Assembly: GCA_963803975.1 (NCBI GenBank)
Contig: CAWDOY010000039.1
Span: 22,721-86,720, forward strand
From: an uncultured delta proteobacterium
Lineage (GTDB): Bacteria > Desulfobacterota > WTBG01 > CAIYCZ01
Reading direction: 5' to 3'
Length of the DNA stretch: 64,000 nt
The stretch's first letter is position 1. Each line of letters starts with the position of its first letter. This document shows, piece by piece, positions 1 to 9,902 of this stretch. The notes under the pieces were generated by a model that saw only the letters and a list, made by a program, of their open reading frames with translations, made no database searches and was not told the DNA's origin. The position numbers and the translations under genes were made by a program.

Positions 1-148
1 ACACAAATACTATATCGTTCCCTACCCTTGGTGTTGCTGCTGAAAAAACTGCGTGTCAAGGCTACGGTTCGCATTATCAAATAGACCATCCCGGGTTTTT
101 TGCTGATTTTCAAGTATGCAGAAAAGCCGGGAACTGGTATAAAGGAAT

Positions 149-179
149 AAAAAGACCGGGTGCGGCTGTCGGTCTTTTT
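149..179. terminator. intrinsic terminator-like hairpin
   Basis: aaaaagaccg...cggtcttttt inverted repeat with A/T tails. Confidence 0.5.
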
Positions 180-202
180 CCGGGAGCATGCAGTTATTTT
201 TA

Positions 203-231
203 TTGACACGCACCGTCCCCGTTTTTATACT
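203..231 (+). promoter_or_regulatory. sigma70-type promoter for the 353 operon
   Basis: TTGACA (203-208), 17 nt spacer, TATACT (226-231). Confidence 0.65.
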
Positions 232-352
232 GTATTGCCTGTACAACCGTGTTCTTACGAGGCCGGCAGGGAGACGGTCTGCTTTGCAGTCTTCAGTTTC
301 TATGCCGGCAATGATAAAACATTTTAACTTTTAGAGCTGGAAGGGGAAAACC

Positions 353-1705
353 ATGGCACAAGTATATGATGTGGTGATAGTTGGCGGTGGGCCTGCGGGA
401 CTCATGGCGGCAAAGGTGGCGGGGGAGAACGGCCTGAGCGTTGCTTTGCTTGAACGGAAAGAAAGCATTGCCGCAATTCAGCGCAGCTGCCAGACAATGG
501 TTGCTATTGAAGACGAATACTATTTCGGCGAGCGGATGTTTTTAGATGAAAACAAGCACCGCATAGTTTTCCCGGTCAATAATTTTTCGGTGCGCTATGA
601 CGGCCCGCATAAAAATTTCTACGCCTGGCACGTTTATACCCCGGACGGAAAGCACTGCGTGAAAATGGGTGATTATGAAGCAAACAAAAGCGGCGGCAGC
701 AGGACCCGCCTTTCAGCCTTCTACAGCAAGCAGCACCTGCTGCAGGGCCTGCTTGATGACGCGCGGGCGAGCGGCGTCCAGGTTTTTTCGGGGACCAATG
801 TTATCGGCCATAAGCGCGTTGGAGAGACCAACGCAATCCTGACCGCCGAGGGAAAGACCTATCGCGGCACCTTCACCATAGCTGCTGACGGCATAAATTC
901 GCGGCTGGTGAAACTCCTGGGCCTGAACCGGGAGCGCTCATTTTTCGGCACCCTGGTAGGGGCCGGCTATTACATGAAGGGCGTGAGGCCGCCGTATCCT
1001 GAATCAATAAACTACCCGATTCTCTACCATAAGGGACTGCCCTATCCGATCATGATGTGGGTCGGGCTGAGCCCGTACGGCGAAGACGAATCATGGGTAT
1101 ACGCGGGCGGCTGCTCGCACCCGGAAATAAATTATAAAGAGGTGCTTGACCGCGCCATCCAGGACAGCCCGTTTTCATCCTGGTTCAAGAATGCCGTAAT
1201 TCTTCGGCAGCACGCGCATGTGGCAAACATCTGGTCACCGGTGCCGACCCCGTTTCTGGATAATGTCCTTATCACCGGCGATGCCGGCTGGACCGTTGAG
1301 GCGGAATGCACCGGGTCAATGATGACCGGCCGCAGAGCCGCGAACGCCATCACCGAGGCGCTGCGCGATGGCCGGCCGAACCGGGACGGTGTGAAGAACT
1401 ATATTGACTGGTGGCAGAAGAATTTCCCCGGCTTCATGGATTACCGGGAGTTCCTGACCCTTATGACCTCAGGGCTTGCCGGAGAAGATATCGCCAATTA
1501 TCTCTACAAGCTCGTGACAGAAACCCTTCCCTGTTCGCTTAACCCCTACAACCTGATAAAAAATATCAACGGGTCGATTATGGGAAAAATTGCCACCATC
1601 CAGAAAGAGCGGCCCGATATTATCACCATGATGCAGACCGTGGCCACCATACCGGTTGAAAAGCAGATGAAACCGTTTACCATAAACGGGTTCCCTAATT
1701 ATTAA
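353..1705 (+). CDS. geranylgeranyl reductase/FixC-family FAD-dependent oxidoreductase
   Basis: YDVVIVGGGPAG FAD motif, IAADG, LITGDAG; 450 aa; GGAAGGGG RBS. Confidence 0.85.
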   Translation: MAQVYDVVIVGGGPAGLMAAKVAGENGLSVALLERKESIAAIQRSCQTMVAIEDEYYFGERMFLDENKHRIVFPVNNFSVRYDGPHKNFYAWHVYTPDGKHCVKMGDYEANKSGGSRTRLSAFYSKQHLLQGLLDDARASGVQVFSGTNVIGHKRVGETNAILTAEGKTYRGTFTIAADGINSRLVKLLGLNRERSFFGTLVGAGYYMKGVRPPYPESINYPILYHKGLPYPIMMWVGLSPYGEDESWVYAGGCSHPEINYKEVLDRAIQDSPFSSWFKNAVILRQHAHVANIWSPVPTPFLDNVLITGDAGWTVEAECTGSMMTGRRAANAITEALRDGRPNRDGVKNYIDWWQKNFPGFMDYREFLTLMTSGLAGEDIANYLYKLVTETLPCSLNPYNLIKNINGSIMGKIATIQKERPDIITMMQTVATIPVEKQMKPFTINGFPNY

Positions 1706-1737
1706 TAACGAACGCAGATACCAGACAGGACAATACA

Positions 1738-3094
1738 ATGGCTAAAACATATGATGTCATAATTGTAGGAGCGGGCCCGTCGGGACTGCTTGCGGCAAAG
1801 GCCGCGGGGCAGGCCGGATTTTCTGTTGCGCTGCTGGAGCGAAAGGCTGATATCACCCGCCTGGAGCGGGCGTGCGGCCAGACCCTGGTTTCAGTAAATG
1901 ACTACTATTTTGACGATGTGGTCCACTATAACCGGAAGGGGAAGCGGATCGCGTTCATCAAGAACGGGTTTTCCTTTGCCTATGACGGGCCGGTGAAAAA
2001 CTGCGCTGCCTGGCACATTTTTTCTCCTGGCGGAAACCGCCTGCCGTTCGGCCTGCCGGAGGAAACCAGAAAAAAAGGAGATTTCGGCGCGGTGGGCATT
2101 GCCTATGATAAAGAGATACTGTTCCGCTGCCTGCTTGATGAGGTGCGGCAGGCAGGGGTGGAGGTCATTACCGGAATCGATGTCGCCGGTGTTACCCCGG
2201 CCGATGCTGGCGTCACCGTGAAGCGGCAGCGGCAAAAGCTTTGAGGCGGAATATCTCATTGCCGCTGACGGCTGCAACTCGCGCATCGCGCGGATGCTCG
2301 GGTTTAACAAGGGCCGGACGTTTTACAGCTACCTGCTGTCCAAGGGCTGGTACATGCGCAATGTGAAGGCTCCGGCCTCTGATCTTCTAATATCGAGCAT
2401 CACGCAGAAGACCATTGCCCCGGGGCTGATGTTTATCTTCCCCCGGCCCTACGCGGATGATCTTAATGTGATATTTCTTACCCTTGACCCGCGGGTCAGC
2501 CTGGACGAGGTTGCTGATTATTTTACAAAAGAAAATCCTTTCTTCTCGAAATGGTTCCAGGGCGCCGAGCGGCTGAAAGAATCTGCCTCTGCCCAGTATA
2601 TTTATTCTCCGGTGCTTGAGCCCTATTGCGACCGGGTGCTGCTTGCCGGCGATACCGGTGCCTGCCAGGAGCTGGAAAATTCCGGGGCCATGATCAGCGG
2701 CTGGAAGGCAGGGAGCGCGGTTGCCGCAGCACTGAAAGAGAACCGGGTGGGTCTGGCCTCCCAGGCTATTCCACAGTACGTAGCGTGGTGGAAGTCAACC
2801 TACATTGAGAAGTGCCCGCATGAAGCATACCTCATGAACTTCGCGCTGCCGTATGTGATGGACCGGGAAGAGGACCTTGATTATATTTTCAGCCTGGTTA
2901 AAAATCCGCTGCCGCCGTGCTGGAATCCCTATGCCGCAATAGCCCACATGGGCGGGCTGATACAGAGCCTGGTCCCAACCATACAGAAAGAGCGGCCTGA
3001 TCTTATGCCGAAGCTTGCGGCCATGTCACGCCCCATGACTGAGATTCTTAGCGTCACCACTGCAGCGTGCAGCCCGCTGCAGGATCTTGACTAA
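1738..3094 (+). CDS. geranylgeranyl reductase-family oxidoreductase, paralog 2 (frameshift near 2225)
   Basis: YDVIIVGAGPSG in ORF 1738-2244; the shifted frame continues GKSFEAEYLIAADG...LLAGDTG into ORF 2294-3094; collinear with the 353 gene. Confidence 0.8.
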
Positions 3095-3108
3095 GCCTTT
3101 CAAAATGT

Positions 3109-3149
3109 AAAGGGGGCGGTGCCATGGTAATCACACCGTCCCCTTTTTT
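3109..3149. terminator. bidirectional terminator
   Basis: aaagggggcggtg...caccgtccccttttt between convergent genes. Confidence 0.65.
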
Positions 3150-3214
3150 CTGCGCACTCCCTTATTATCTTTATTATAAACAGTCAGCTTTTCAGTAACG
3201 CCGGCAGGAAAGAA

Positions 3215-3964
3215 TTATCGTAATGCCTCAAGGTCCTGTTTCAAGAGCAGGTGCCCGGTGAACGAGGCCGGGTCACGGGCTGCCACCAGTGCTGCGTAGC
3301 TGCCCCAGATAGCGGGAGGGTCCCATCCGGAGCGGTCGATGTTCGGATTGAGGAAGGCCCAGCCTTCGCTCTCCGTGTTGTCAGGCATGAGGGCGTTTAC
3401 GGCAATTGCGTACTGCTTCAGCTCTTCAGCCAGGCCCAGGGTGAGGCGGTTTATGGCCGCCTTGGTCACGTCATAGGCAATGCCGGTAAAGGGCTGATGA
3501 TGCAGCTTCTGCGTCACCACTGAAGATATATTAATAATATGGCCCTGCTGCTGCCGCATCATGGCGGGCAGCACCGCGCGGGTGCAGAGCACAGTGCCCC
3601 GCAGGTTGACCTCCAGGATCCGGTCCCAGTGTTTTTGCGGCATTTCATGAAAGCAAGCGGGGAAATTGGTGGCCGCGTTATTGACCAGGATATCGATGCG
3701 GCCCCATTCAGCGAGCGTTTTTTCAACCATCCCGGCCACTGATGTTTCTCTGGTGACATCGGTTTTAAATGCAAGGGCGCTGCCGCCGCAACTGCGGATT
3801 TCTTCGGCTGTGGTTTCAATGCTGCCGGCTATGACCGGAAGCTCGCGAAAGGTTCTGGCCGCAACCACTACGCGCGCTCCTTCCCCGGCCAGGGCAATGG
3901 CGATGGCCTTTCCTATGCCCCGGCTGGCGCCGGTGACGATGGCGACTCTGTCATGTAATGTCAT
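3215..3964 (-). CDS. short-chain dehydrogenase/reductase (SDR)
   Basis: TGASRGIG, NNAA, YDVTK catalytic YxxxK. Confidence 0.9.
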   Translation of the reverse strand: MTLHDRVAIVTGASRGIGKAIAIALAGEGARVVVAARTFRELPVIAGSIETTAEEIRSCGGSALAFKTDVTRETSVAGMVEKTLAEWGRIDILVNNAATNFPACFHEMPQKHWDRILEVNLRGTVLCTRAVLPAMMRQQQGHIINISSVVTQKLHHQPFTGIAYDVTKAAINRLTLGLAEELKQYAIAVNALMPDNTESEGWAFLNPNIDRSGWDPPAIWGSYAALVAARDPASFTGHLLLKQDLEALR

Positions 3965-4247
3965 GGAGTTTGCTGTGAGATAGTTTTTTTTACGCTGCTG
4001 CCGGGTATTGTAAATGTATTACCGTAAGAATGCAAACAGAAGAAAAAAGGGGGCGCAGCCGGCGCCGTCTCCAACCCCTCTTCCCCGTTATCCAACTCTC
4101 CTCTTGACTACCCACTACTGCAGGGATATATGCGTATAACAGGTACGGGGGGATACCCACTGCTGCTCAAACTATTACCGCTCAGTGTCGGCGGGGAGCA
4201 ATAAATAGTACTGTCTGATGAAACGGATAAAAAAAGAGGAGGCAATC

Positions 4248-6350
4248 ATGAGCAATAATTCTGCAGCTGCTTTATTAGTCGCGGTACTGGCTATTGTTTC
4301 CGGCACCCCTGCTCATTCTGCGGGTGTGCCGGGTGAGTGCAGAAATCCTGCAGCCTGTTATCAATGCCACGAGCAGGATGCAATCAAGGATGCCGACCTC
4401 GGATGCGACCGGGGACGCTGGTCCCCGACAGCACCGATAAACATCCCGCGGGACCTTGCCACGAAAACGGTTCTCAGGGACGGGCGGGTGCTGGTAACGG
4501 GCGGGGCAATACTTCCTGATTTTACCACGGTAACAAGTGCTGAAATCTTTGATCCCGAAACCCTTTCATTCACGCTCCTGTTATCAACGCTGTCAGAACC
4601 CAAGTGGAGCCACGAAGCCCTGACCCTTGCCGACGGGAGAGTGCTTATAGCCGGGGGCCGCAACGCCCAGAGCCCCGCTGCCCCGGGAGCGCGGGTGCTG
4701 AGCAGCGCTGATCTCTTTGATCCGCAGACCAATACCTTTACGCCCACAGGATCCATGCAGGTTGCGCGCAGAGATCCCAGTCTGGTGCTCCTTGATGACG
4801 GCCGGGTACTCGTCACCGGCGGGGGACCGGGAGTTTCCATAAGCACAACCATGGGCCTGGACAGCGCTGAAATTTATGATTCCAAGACCGGCACCTTCAG
4901 GCTCCTGAGTTCAAAGATGAGTTCATTGCGCATTTTCCACCACGCGATTAAGCTGCCGGATGGAAGGGTGCTCGTGGCAGGAGGGTCACAGGGCCCGGGA
5001 TTTAACAATGCCCTCAAGACAGCCGACATCTTTGATCCCAAAACAGAAACGTTTGCGCCGGCAGGAGAGATGCATACTTCACGGTTAGTGCCTGCCGCGG
5101 TGCTCCTGCGGGACGGCCGGGTTGTGTTTGCAGGCTCGTTTAATAATCCGCCTTTCAGAATCGGAAATGAAGCAGAAGTATATGATCCGGCTGCCAATAC
5201 CTTTACCCCTGTGGAAAAAACTTTTTTCCACGGGCAGGGTGATCAATATCCCGTGCGGCTGCTGGACGGTACTGCCATGTTTCCCGGCGGCGTCAATACC
5301 CGCAGCCAGATAGCGAGCACCGTGTACCTGTACCGGCCTGAGTCCAATGATTTTGTGACAACGGACTCGGCGCTGTTCGCGCGGAAATCCTGCAAGACGG
5401 TTGTCCTTCCTGACGGCAGGCCGGTGCTCATCGGAGGTTTTGACTTTCGAAAAATCGTGGGCATCGGAGAGGTCTATACGCCTTCGGTCGTGTCGCAGGC
5501 ACGGGGGCTGCAGAACGTGATAGCCGACGCGCCGGCAGCAGCTTTCAGGCTGAGCGTTTTCAAGTACATCATGGCATACTGGGCTGACATGGCATCGAGC
5601 CTGATTGAAAAAGAGAATTACGAGCTGGCCGGCGCCATTGCAGAGAACATGATTCTAAAGCGCATCGACGGCTGTTCAGGCGGCAGTGCAGTTTTTGACT
5701 GGATCAGGGAATGCGACGCACAGATAAAAATTTACGCGCCCGCCAGGCTGCTGGTCAGAACACTCAGCCAGCTGACCGGGAAAATACAACCGCCGGCATT
5801 AAGTTCCAGCGCTGACGTTACCTCAGGCGGCATTCCCCTTGAAGTGCACTTCACCGGCACCGCAGCCGCCACCAACGGGACCATAGTGCGCTACTGGTGG
5901 GATTTCGGGGATGGCAAAAGCAGCACCGAACAGAATCCCGCGCACACGTACCAGTGTCCGGGGAGCTATGAAGCCACCTTCGGCGTAGTTGACAATAACG
6001 GCAACGGCACCCTCGACAAGGCGATCACAATCAAAGGCGACTACCCGGAGGGGAAGACCACCTCTTTTTCGTGTGATTTGCTCCCCTTTTACAAGGCCAT
6101 GGTATGCACCCAGTGCCACAACCAGAATGCCGATTCAAAAGCAGGACTTGATCTCAGCAGCTATGCCGGACTTATCAAAGGAAGCAAAAACGGCCCGGTT
6201 GTGATCCCGGGTGACCCGGACAACAGCGTGCTCGTGCAGATCACCGGCCCTCCCAGGAATCACGCGGCAGATGTCGGCGCAAAGCCCTACCCAAAAGAGA
6301 TGTGGGACCGGCAGCGGGCGTGGGTAGCGGAGGGAGCCCTGGACAATTAA
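4248..6350 (+). CDS. exported diheme c-type cytochrome with Kelch beta-propeller, PKD and planctomycete-type cytochrome c domain
   Basis: signal peptide; CYQCH; repeated LxDGRVLVxGG...AEIFDP Kelch blades; WWDFGDG..STEQNPAHTY PKD; CTQCH...GLDLSSY...PGDPDNS...WVAEGA; start set at MSNN after GAGGAGG. Confidence 0.8.
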   Translation: MSNNSAAALLVAVLAIVSGTPAHSAGVPGECRNPAACYQCHEQDAIKDADLGCDRGRWSPTAPINIPRDLATKTVLRDGRVLVTGGAILPDFTTVTSAEIFDPETLSFTLLLSTLSEPKWSHEALTLADGRVLIAGGRNAQSPAAPGARVLSSADLFDPQTNTFTPTGSMQVARRDPSLVLLDDGRVLVTGGGPGVSISTTMGLDSAEIYDSKTGTFRLLSSKMSSLRIFHHAIKLPDGRVLVAGGSQGPGFNNALKTADIFDPKTETFAPAGEMHTSRLVPAAVLLRDGRVVFAGSFNNPPFRIGNEAEVYDPAANTFTPVEKTFFHGQGDQYPVRLLDGTAMFPGGVNTRSQIASTVYLYRPESNDFVTTDSALFARKSCKTVVLPDGRPVLIGGFDFRKIVGIGEVYTPSVVSQARGLQNVIADAPAAAFRLSVFKYIMAYWADMASSLIEKENYELAGAIAENMILKRIDGCSGGSAVFDWIRECDAQIKIYAPARLLVRTLSQLTGKIQPPALSSSADVTSGGIPLEVHFTGTAAATNGTIVRYWWDFGDGKSSTEQNPAHTYQCPGSYEATFGVVDNNGNGTLDKAITIKGDYPEGKTTSFSCDLLPFYKAMVCTQCHNQNADSKAGLDLSSYAGLIKGSKNGPVVIPGDPDNSVLVQITGPPRNHAADVGAKPYPKEMWDRQRAWVAEGALDN

Positions 6351-6362
6351 CCGGCCGGCGAG

Positions 6363-6397
6363 AAAAAAGGTGTCTGTTTAAGCAGATGCCTTTTTTT
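6363..6397 (+). terminator. intrinsic terminator
   Basis: aaaaaaggtgtctg-tttaag-cagatgccttttttt. Confidence 0.7.
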
Positions 6398-6481
6398 ATT
6401 TTTATAACGGCCCATAAGAAAGCTTGAAAAACTCTCTCCAGGTACTGTAATATAAAAATCTAAAACCGGGATGAAAGTAAA

Positions 6482-6521
6482 ACCACAGAGACCGCGGAGA
6501 GGTTCTCTGTGACCTGTGGTT
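6482..6521. repeat. intergenic imperfect palindrome
   Basis: aaccacagagaccgcggagaggttctctgtgacctgtggtt. Confidence 0.5.
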
Positions 6522-6546
6522 AGGTTTAAAATCGGAGGAAGAATAT

Positions 6547-6942
6547 ATGAAATGGGATTTTACCGGTGAACAGGTTGTAAAGGCCGAGGTTGACTATAGC
6601 CTTGAGGAATTCAGGGAAGATTTTTATCTGGAGGTACAGGAAAACTTCCCTGAATATGAGAAGAAAGCGCTCGATTCCATCTACCGGCTTGCCTATGATG
6701 TCTGCTACTGCGTAGCTACCCAGCGCGACCTGGCAGAGCTGCTGAAGCACTGCAAAAAAAAAGGCATCAAGGCGGACTTGAAATATCTTGAACTTATCCG
6801 CGATTCCAACCTGGAAAATATTGATATGCTGAAAGCGATCTTTGCCAGAAAGGTATCGGAATTTATGGATGCGGGGCTCAACAGCAAGGACGCTTTAAAC
6901 AGGCTGGATGAGTATCATAAAACCGTTATATCCGGCTCTTAG
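6547..6942 (+). CDS. hypothetical helical protein
   Basis: 131 aa ORF with GGAGGA RBS and protein-like composition; no motif recognised. Confidence 0.65.
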   Translation: MKWDFTGEQVVKAEVDYSLEEFREDFYLEVQENFPEYEKKALDSIYRLAYDVCYCVATQRDLAELLKHCKKKGIKADLKYLELIRDSNLENIDMLKAIFARKVSEFMDAGLNSKDALNRLDEYHKTVISGS

Positions 6943-7223
6943 TCAGAGGGTTGAGGGCGTAAGTGCCAGGGGCACAGCAAACTAAAAAATGACATTTGAA
7001 GGTGTGCCCCGTTAGTTCCTGTCAGGCAACGTTTCCCGGAAGCTGTGTGCAGAGGTAACCTTTGTCCCCGCTGCCGGCGTTACGGTTTCAGCTCTTGGTG
7101 TCGCCGATGAGGTGGTCTTCCAGTTTAAGGAACGATTGATAAAATTTTAGCTGCTTATAAATAAACGAGAAACCATCTGTAGCGGCTGCACTTCCATGCT
7201 CTACGCTGCAGCCCGGATTCCAT

Positions 7224-8018
7224 CTATTTCCCCAACCACTTCCAATCCGCGACAGTATACAGGGGGAGCATAGGAATAAGGACCGGGGTAGTTCTGCCAT
7301 ACTCCTGATATGCGGGGTCTGATCCGTAATTCTTGTTCTGGCGCAGTTCCAGCCTGCGGGTTGAACCGAACATGACGTAAACTAAGCCGATGTATCCTGC
7401 AAGCGAAAAGGCAATCTGGAACCATCCGGATAAACAGGGCATGGATGACACAAAGACTCCGGTCCAGACAATAATTTCGCCGAAATAGTTGGGACAGCGT
7501 ACCATCTTGAAAAGTCCCCGGCTGCAAAAAGTTTTGGGGTTCTCTTTTTTCGCCCTGTTTTTCTGCGCATCGGCAACAGTCTGCAAAAGAAAGCCTATGG
7601 CTACCACGACAATGCCGGCATACAGCCACCCGGCATAAGCTTCCTGCAATCCGTTCTGCAGTCTGAAGAACACCGGCGACACCTGCATCACATACAGAAT
7701 GGAGCAGAAAATCCAGATAGGGATTTTAACAAAAAACGGAATTTTCTTAAATCCGGTTGAGGCTTCATCCAGGACCTTGCGGTACGCGACGTTTTTATAT
7801 TCACGGATAACAACAAAAATTCCAAGCCGTGCCGCGTACACGGCAACGATGGCAAGGAGAATAGCAACCGGAAGTGTAAGAGACGTCCCAAAGCCGATCA
7901 GCATGGCAACAGCCAATCCAGCAACGGAAAACGCGTATCCGATGGAAATGAAATAAACAAACTTGTAAAATCCTGCAGCGGTAATGACGGCAGCGACAGC
8001 AAGTAATACGTAAAACAT
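7224..8018 (-). CDS. DUF1295 / steroid 5-alpha-reductase-like membrane protein
   Basis: multiple TM helices; ADAQK...GLFKMVRCPNYFGEI motif. Confidence 0.85.
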   Translation of the reverse strand: MFYVLLAVAAVITAAGFYKFVYFISIGYAFSVAGLAVAMLIGFGTSLTLPVAILLAIVAVYAARLGIFVVIREYKNVAYRKVLDEASTGFKKIPFFVKIPIWIFCSILYVMQVSPVFFRLQNGLQEAYAGWLYAGIVVVAIGFLLQTVADAQKNRAKKENPKTFCSRGLFKMVRCPNYFGEIIVWTGVFVSSMPCLSGWFQIAFSLAGYIGLVYVMFGSTRRLELRQNKNYGSDPAYQEYGRTTPVLIPMLPLYTVADWKWLGK

Positions 8019-8550
8019 AACAGGTCTCCTTTATTCAAAAACAGGTTTTAGACTTGAAATGATGAAATTCAAAATATTGCAGCAGATCTTTATGTTCTAA
8101 AACTGTAGCTAATGTACCAGCAGCGAGAGTAGTGAGTCAACCATAAATTTATTGCAGATTTCTTTCCGCAAAGCAACACTGGCAAGCAAAAAAAATCATC
8201 GTACGCGTGAAATTTAACCAACAAGATCACACCTCAATATATTGATGCAGAAACAGCAGGACCATCGCTGACCCTGACGCTGGTGTGTAATGTGATTTAT
8301 TCTCTTGAATCAGTGCCATATATTAAATTACTAAATATATATGGCGCTGATTCCCCCCGTTTCCACAAGAAAATAAATCTGATCCCATTCCCCCTCCACT
8401 GGTGCCAAATGGCGCTATGAAAGTCTATCACTGATACAATGTGTCTTTGCAATAAATAAGCACGCCTATTTTTATGACATTGCATAAAGAGGGCATACTT
8501 CTATATAGTGTATTAAACAAAATTTAACACACTAAATATAGTTTTTTTTC

Positions 8551-8578
8551 TTGACAAAAGGATATTTTTAACTATATA
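8551..8578 (+). promoter_or_regulatory. possible sigma70 promoter of the ParA-CBM48 operon
   Basis: TTGACA 8551-8556, 16 nt spacer, TATATA 8573-8578; AT-rich context lowers specificity. Confidence 0.4.
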
Positions 8579-8795
8579 GGTAATTTAATATAAATAAAAA
8601 TAAGTTAATTTTATTCTGTTTTTCGCAATCTTCGTTTTTATTGTTCCCTTTATTGTTGGAAGAGAAAATTCTCTTTGAGAAGCTATATGATTTAAATGCC
8701 CGGAACAACAGAAGGCATTGAATCTATTTGCACTCTAAATAGAGACATTAAAGACAACAATATTAGTCCTGGGAAATGCCAGGAAAGGGGGTAAT

Positions 8796-9875
8796 ATGCG
8801 GAAGATAGCAATTATAAATCAAAAAGGAGGATGCGGAAAAACAACCACAGCTATAAACCTTGCTGCCTGCCTCGCTGAAAAAGATAAAAAAGTTCTACTC
8901 ATTGATTTAGATCCTCAGGCACATTCAACCATTGGTCTTCTGAAAACCAATGATGACCTTGATAAGACCATTTTCGATGTGCTGTGCTTTCCTGAAAATA
9001 TTTCCATAGATGAAACCATAATAGTGCTGGGGGAATATTTTTCTCTAATTCCTTCACATGTCATTCTCAGTGCAGCCGAGCAAAAGTTATCAGGGGTATC
9101 TGGCCGTGAGGACCGGCTCAGAAACAGCATTGCAGCACTCAATAATACATACCAGTATATACTGATTGACTGCCCGCCTTCTATCGGGCTGCTAACCTTT
9201 AATGCGCTCAAAGCATGCACTGAAGTAATTGTGCCTATTGAACCAAGCATCTATTCTCTTCACGGCCTTACCAAACTCCTGGAAACTATTGATATTATCC
9301 AGCATGAGCAAAATCATTACATTTCCATTAAAGCCCTTGCGACAATGGTAAATATGCACACATCTTTTTGCAGAGAAATTATTAACAATGTCAGCAATCA
9401 ATTTGGACCCAATCTGTATCACACGATGATTCGCTATACCACCCGACTTAAAGAAGCTGCTTCTTATGCTCGCCCTGTCTTATGCTATGATAAACATTGC
9501 TCAGGATACCAGGATTATTGCCAGTTGGCTGAGGAAGTAATAGCAGAAGAGACCGTAACGACCAGGGTCAGAAAAGATAGTATGAAGGCACAGCACGTTA
9601 GCCCCAGGAAAGTTGAAAATGGAGTAATATTTACTTTAAACGCCCCCCTTAATGCACAAGTGCTTCTTGTGGGTGATTTTAATGCCTGGTCTGCAGAGCA
9701 CGGCGAAATGACCTATGTTCCGGAGGAACAGGTGTGGAAGCGGTTTGTTTCACTTCCTCCAGGGAAATATCACTATAAATTCATTGTGAATGGTGAATGG
9801 CTTTTTGACCCGGCAAATCCTCATGAAGGAGAGAATGCTTTTGGTGGCAAGAACTCAGTCATACAAGTCAACTGA
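8796..9875 (+). CDS. ParA/Soj-family ATPase fused to a C-terminal CBM48 (AMPK-beta-like glycogen-binding) domain
   Basis: KGGCGKTT deviant Walker A, DLDPQ, DCPP; C-terminal [10 protein letters not shown]...[21 protein letters not shown]...GGKNS in one uninterrupted ORF. Confidence 0.9.
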   Translation: MRKIAIINQKGGCGKTTTAINLAACLAEKDKKVLLIDLDPQAHSTIGLLKTNDDLDKTIFDVLCFPENISIDETIIVLGEYFSLIPSHVILSAAEQKLSGVSGREDRLRNSIAALNNTYQYILIDCPPSIGLLTFNALKACTEVIVPIEPSIYSLHGLTKLLETIDIIQHEQNHYISIKALATMVNMHTSFCREIINNVSNQFGPNLYHTMIRYTTRLKEAASYARPVLCYDKHCSGYQDYCQLAEEVIAEETVTTRVRKDSMKAQHVSPRKVENGVIFTLNAPLNAQVLLVGDFNAWSAEHGEMTYVPEEQVWKRFVSLPPGKYHYKFIVNGEWLFDPANPHEGENAFGGKNSVIQVN

Positions 9876-9902
9876 TTTCACGGAAAATCAGGAGGAAAGA
9901 AC

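Noticed and set aside
8796-9875. Chromosomal parAB/origin region or plasmid partition locus
   Set aside because: No parB, parS palindrome, dnaA, gidAB or rep gene in the window
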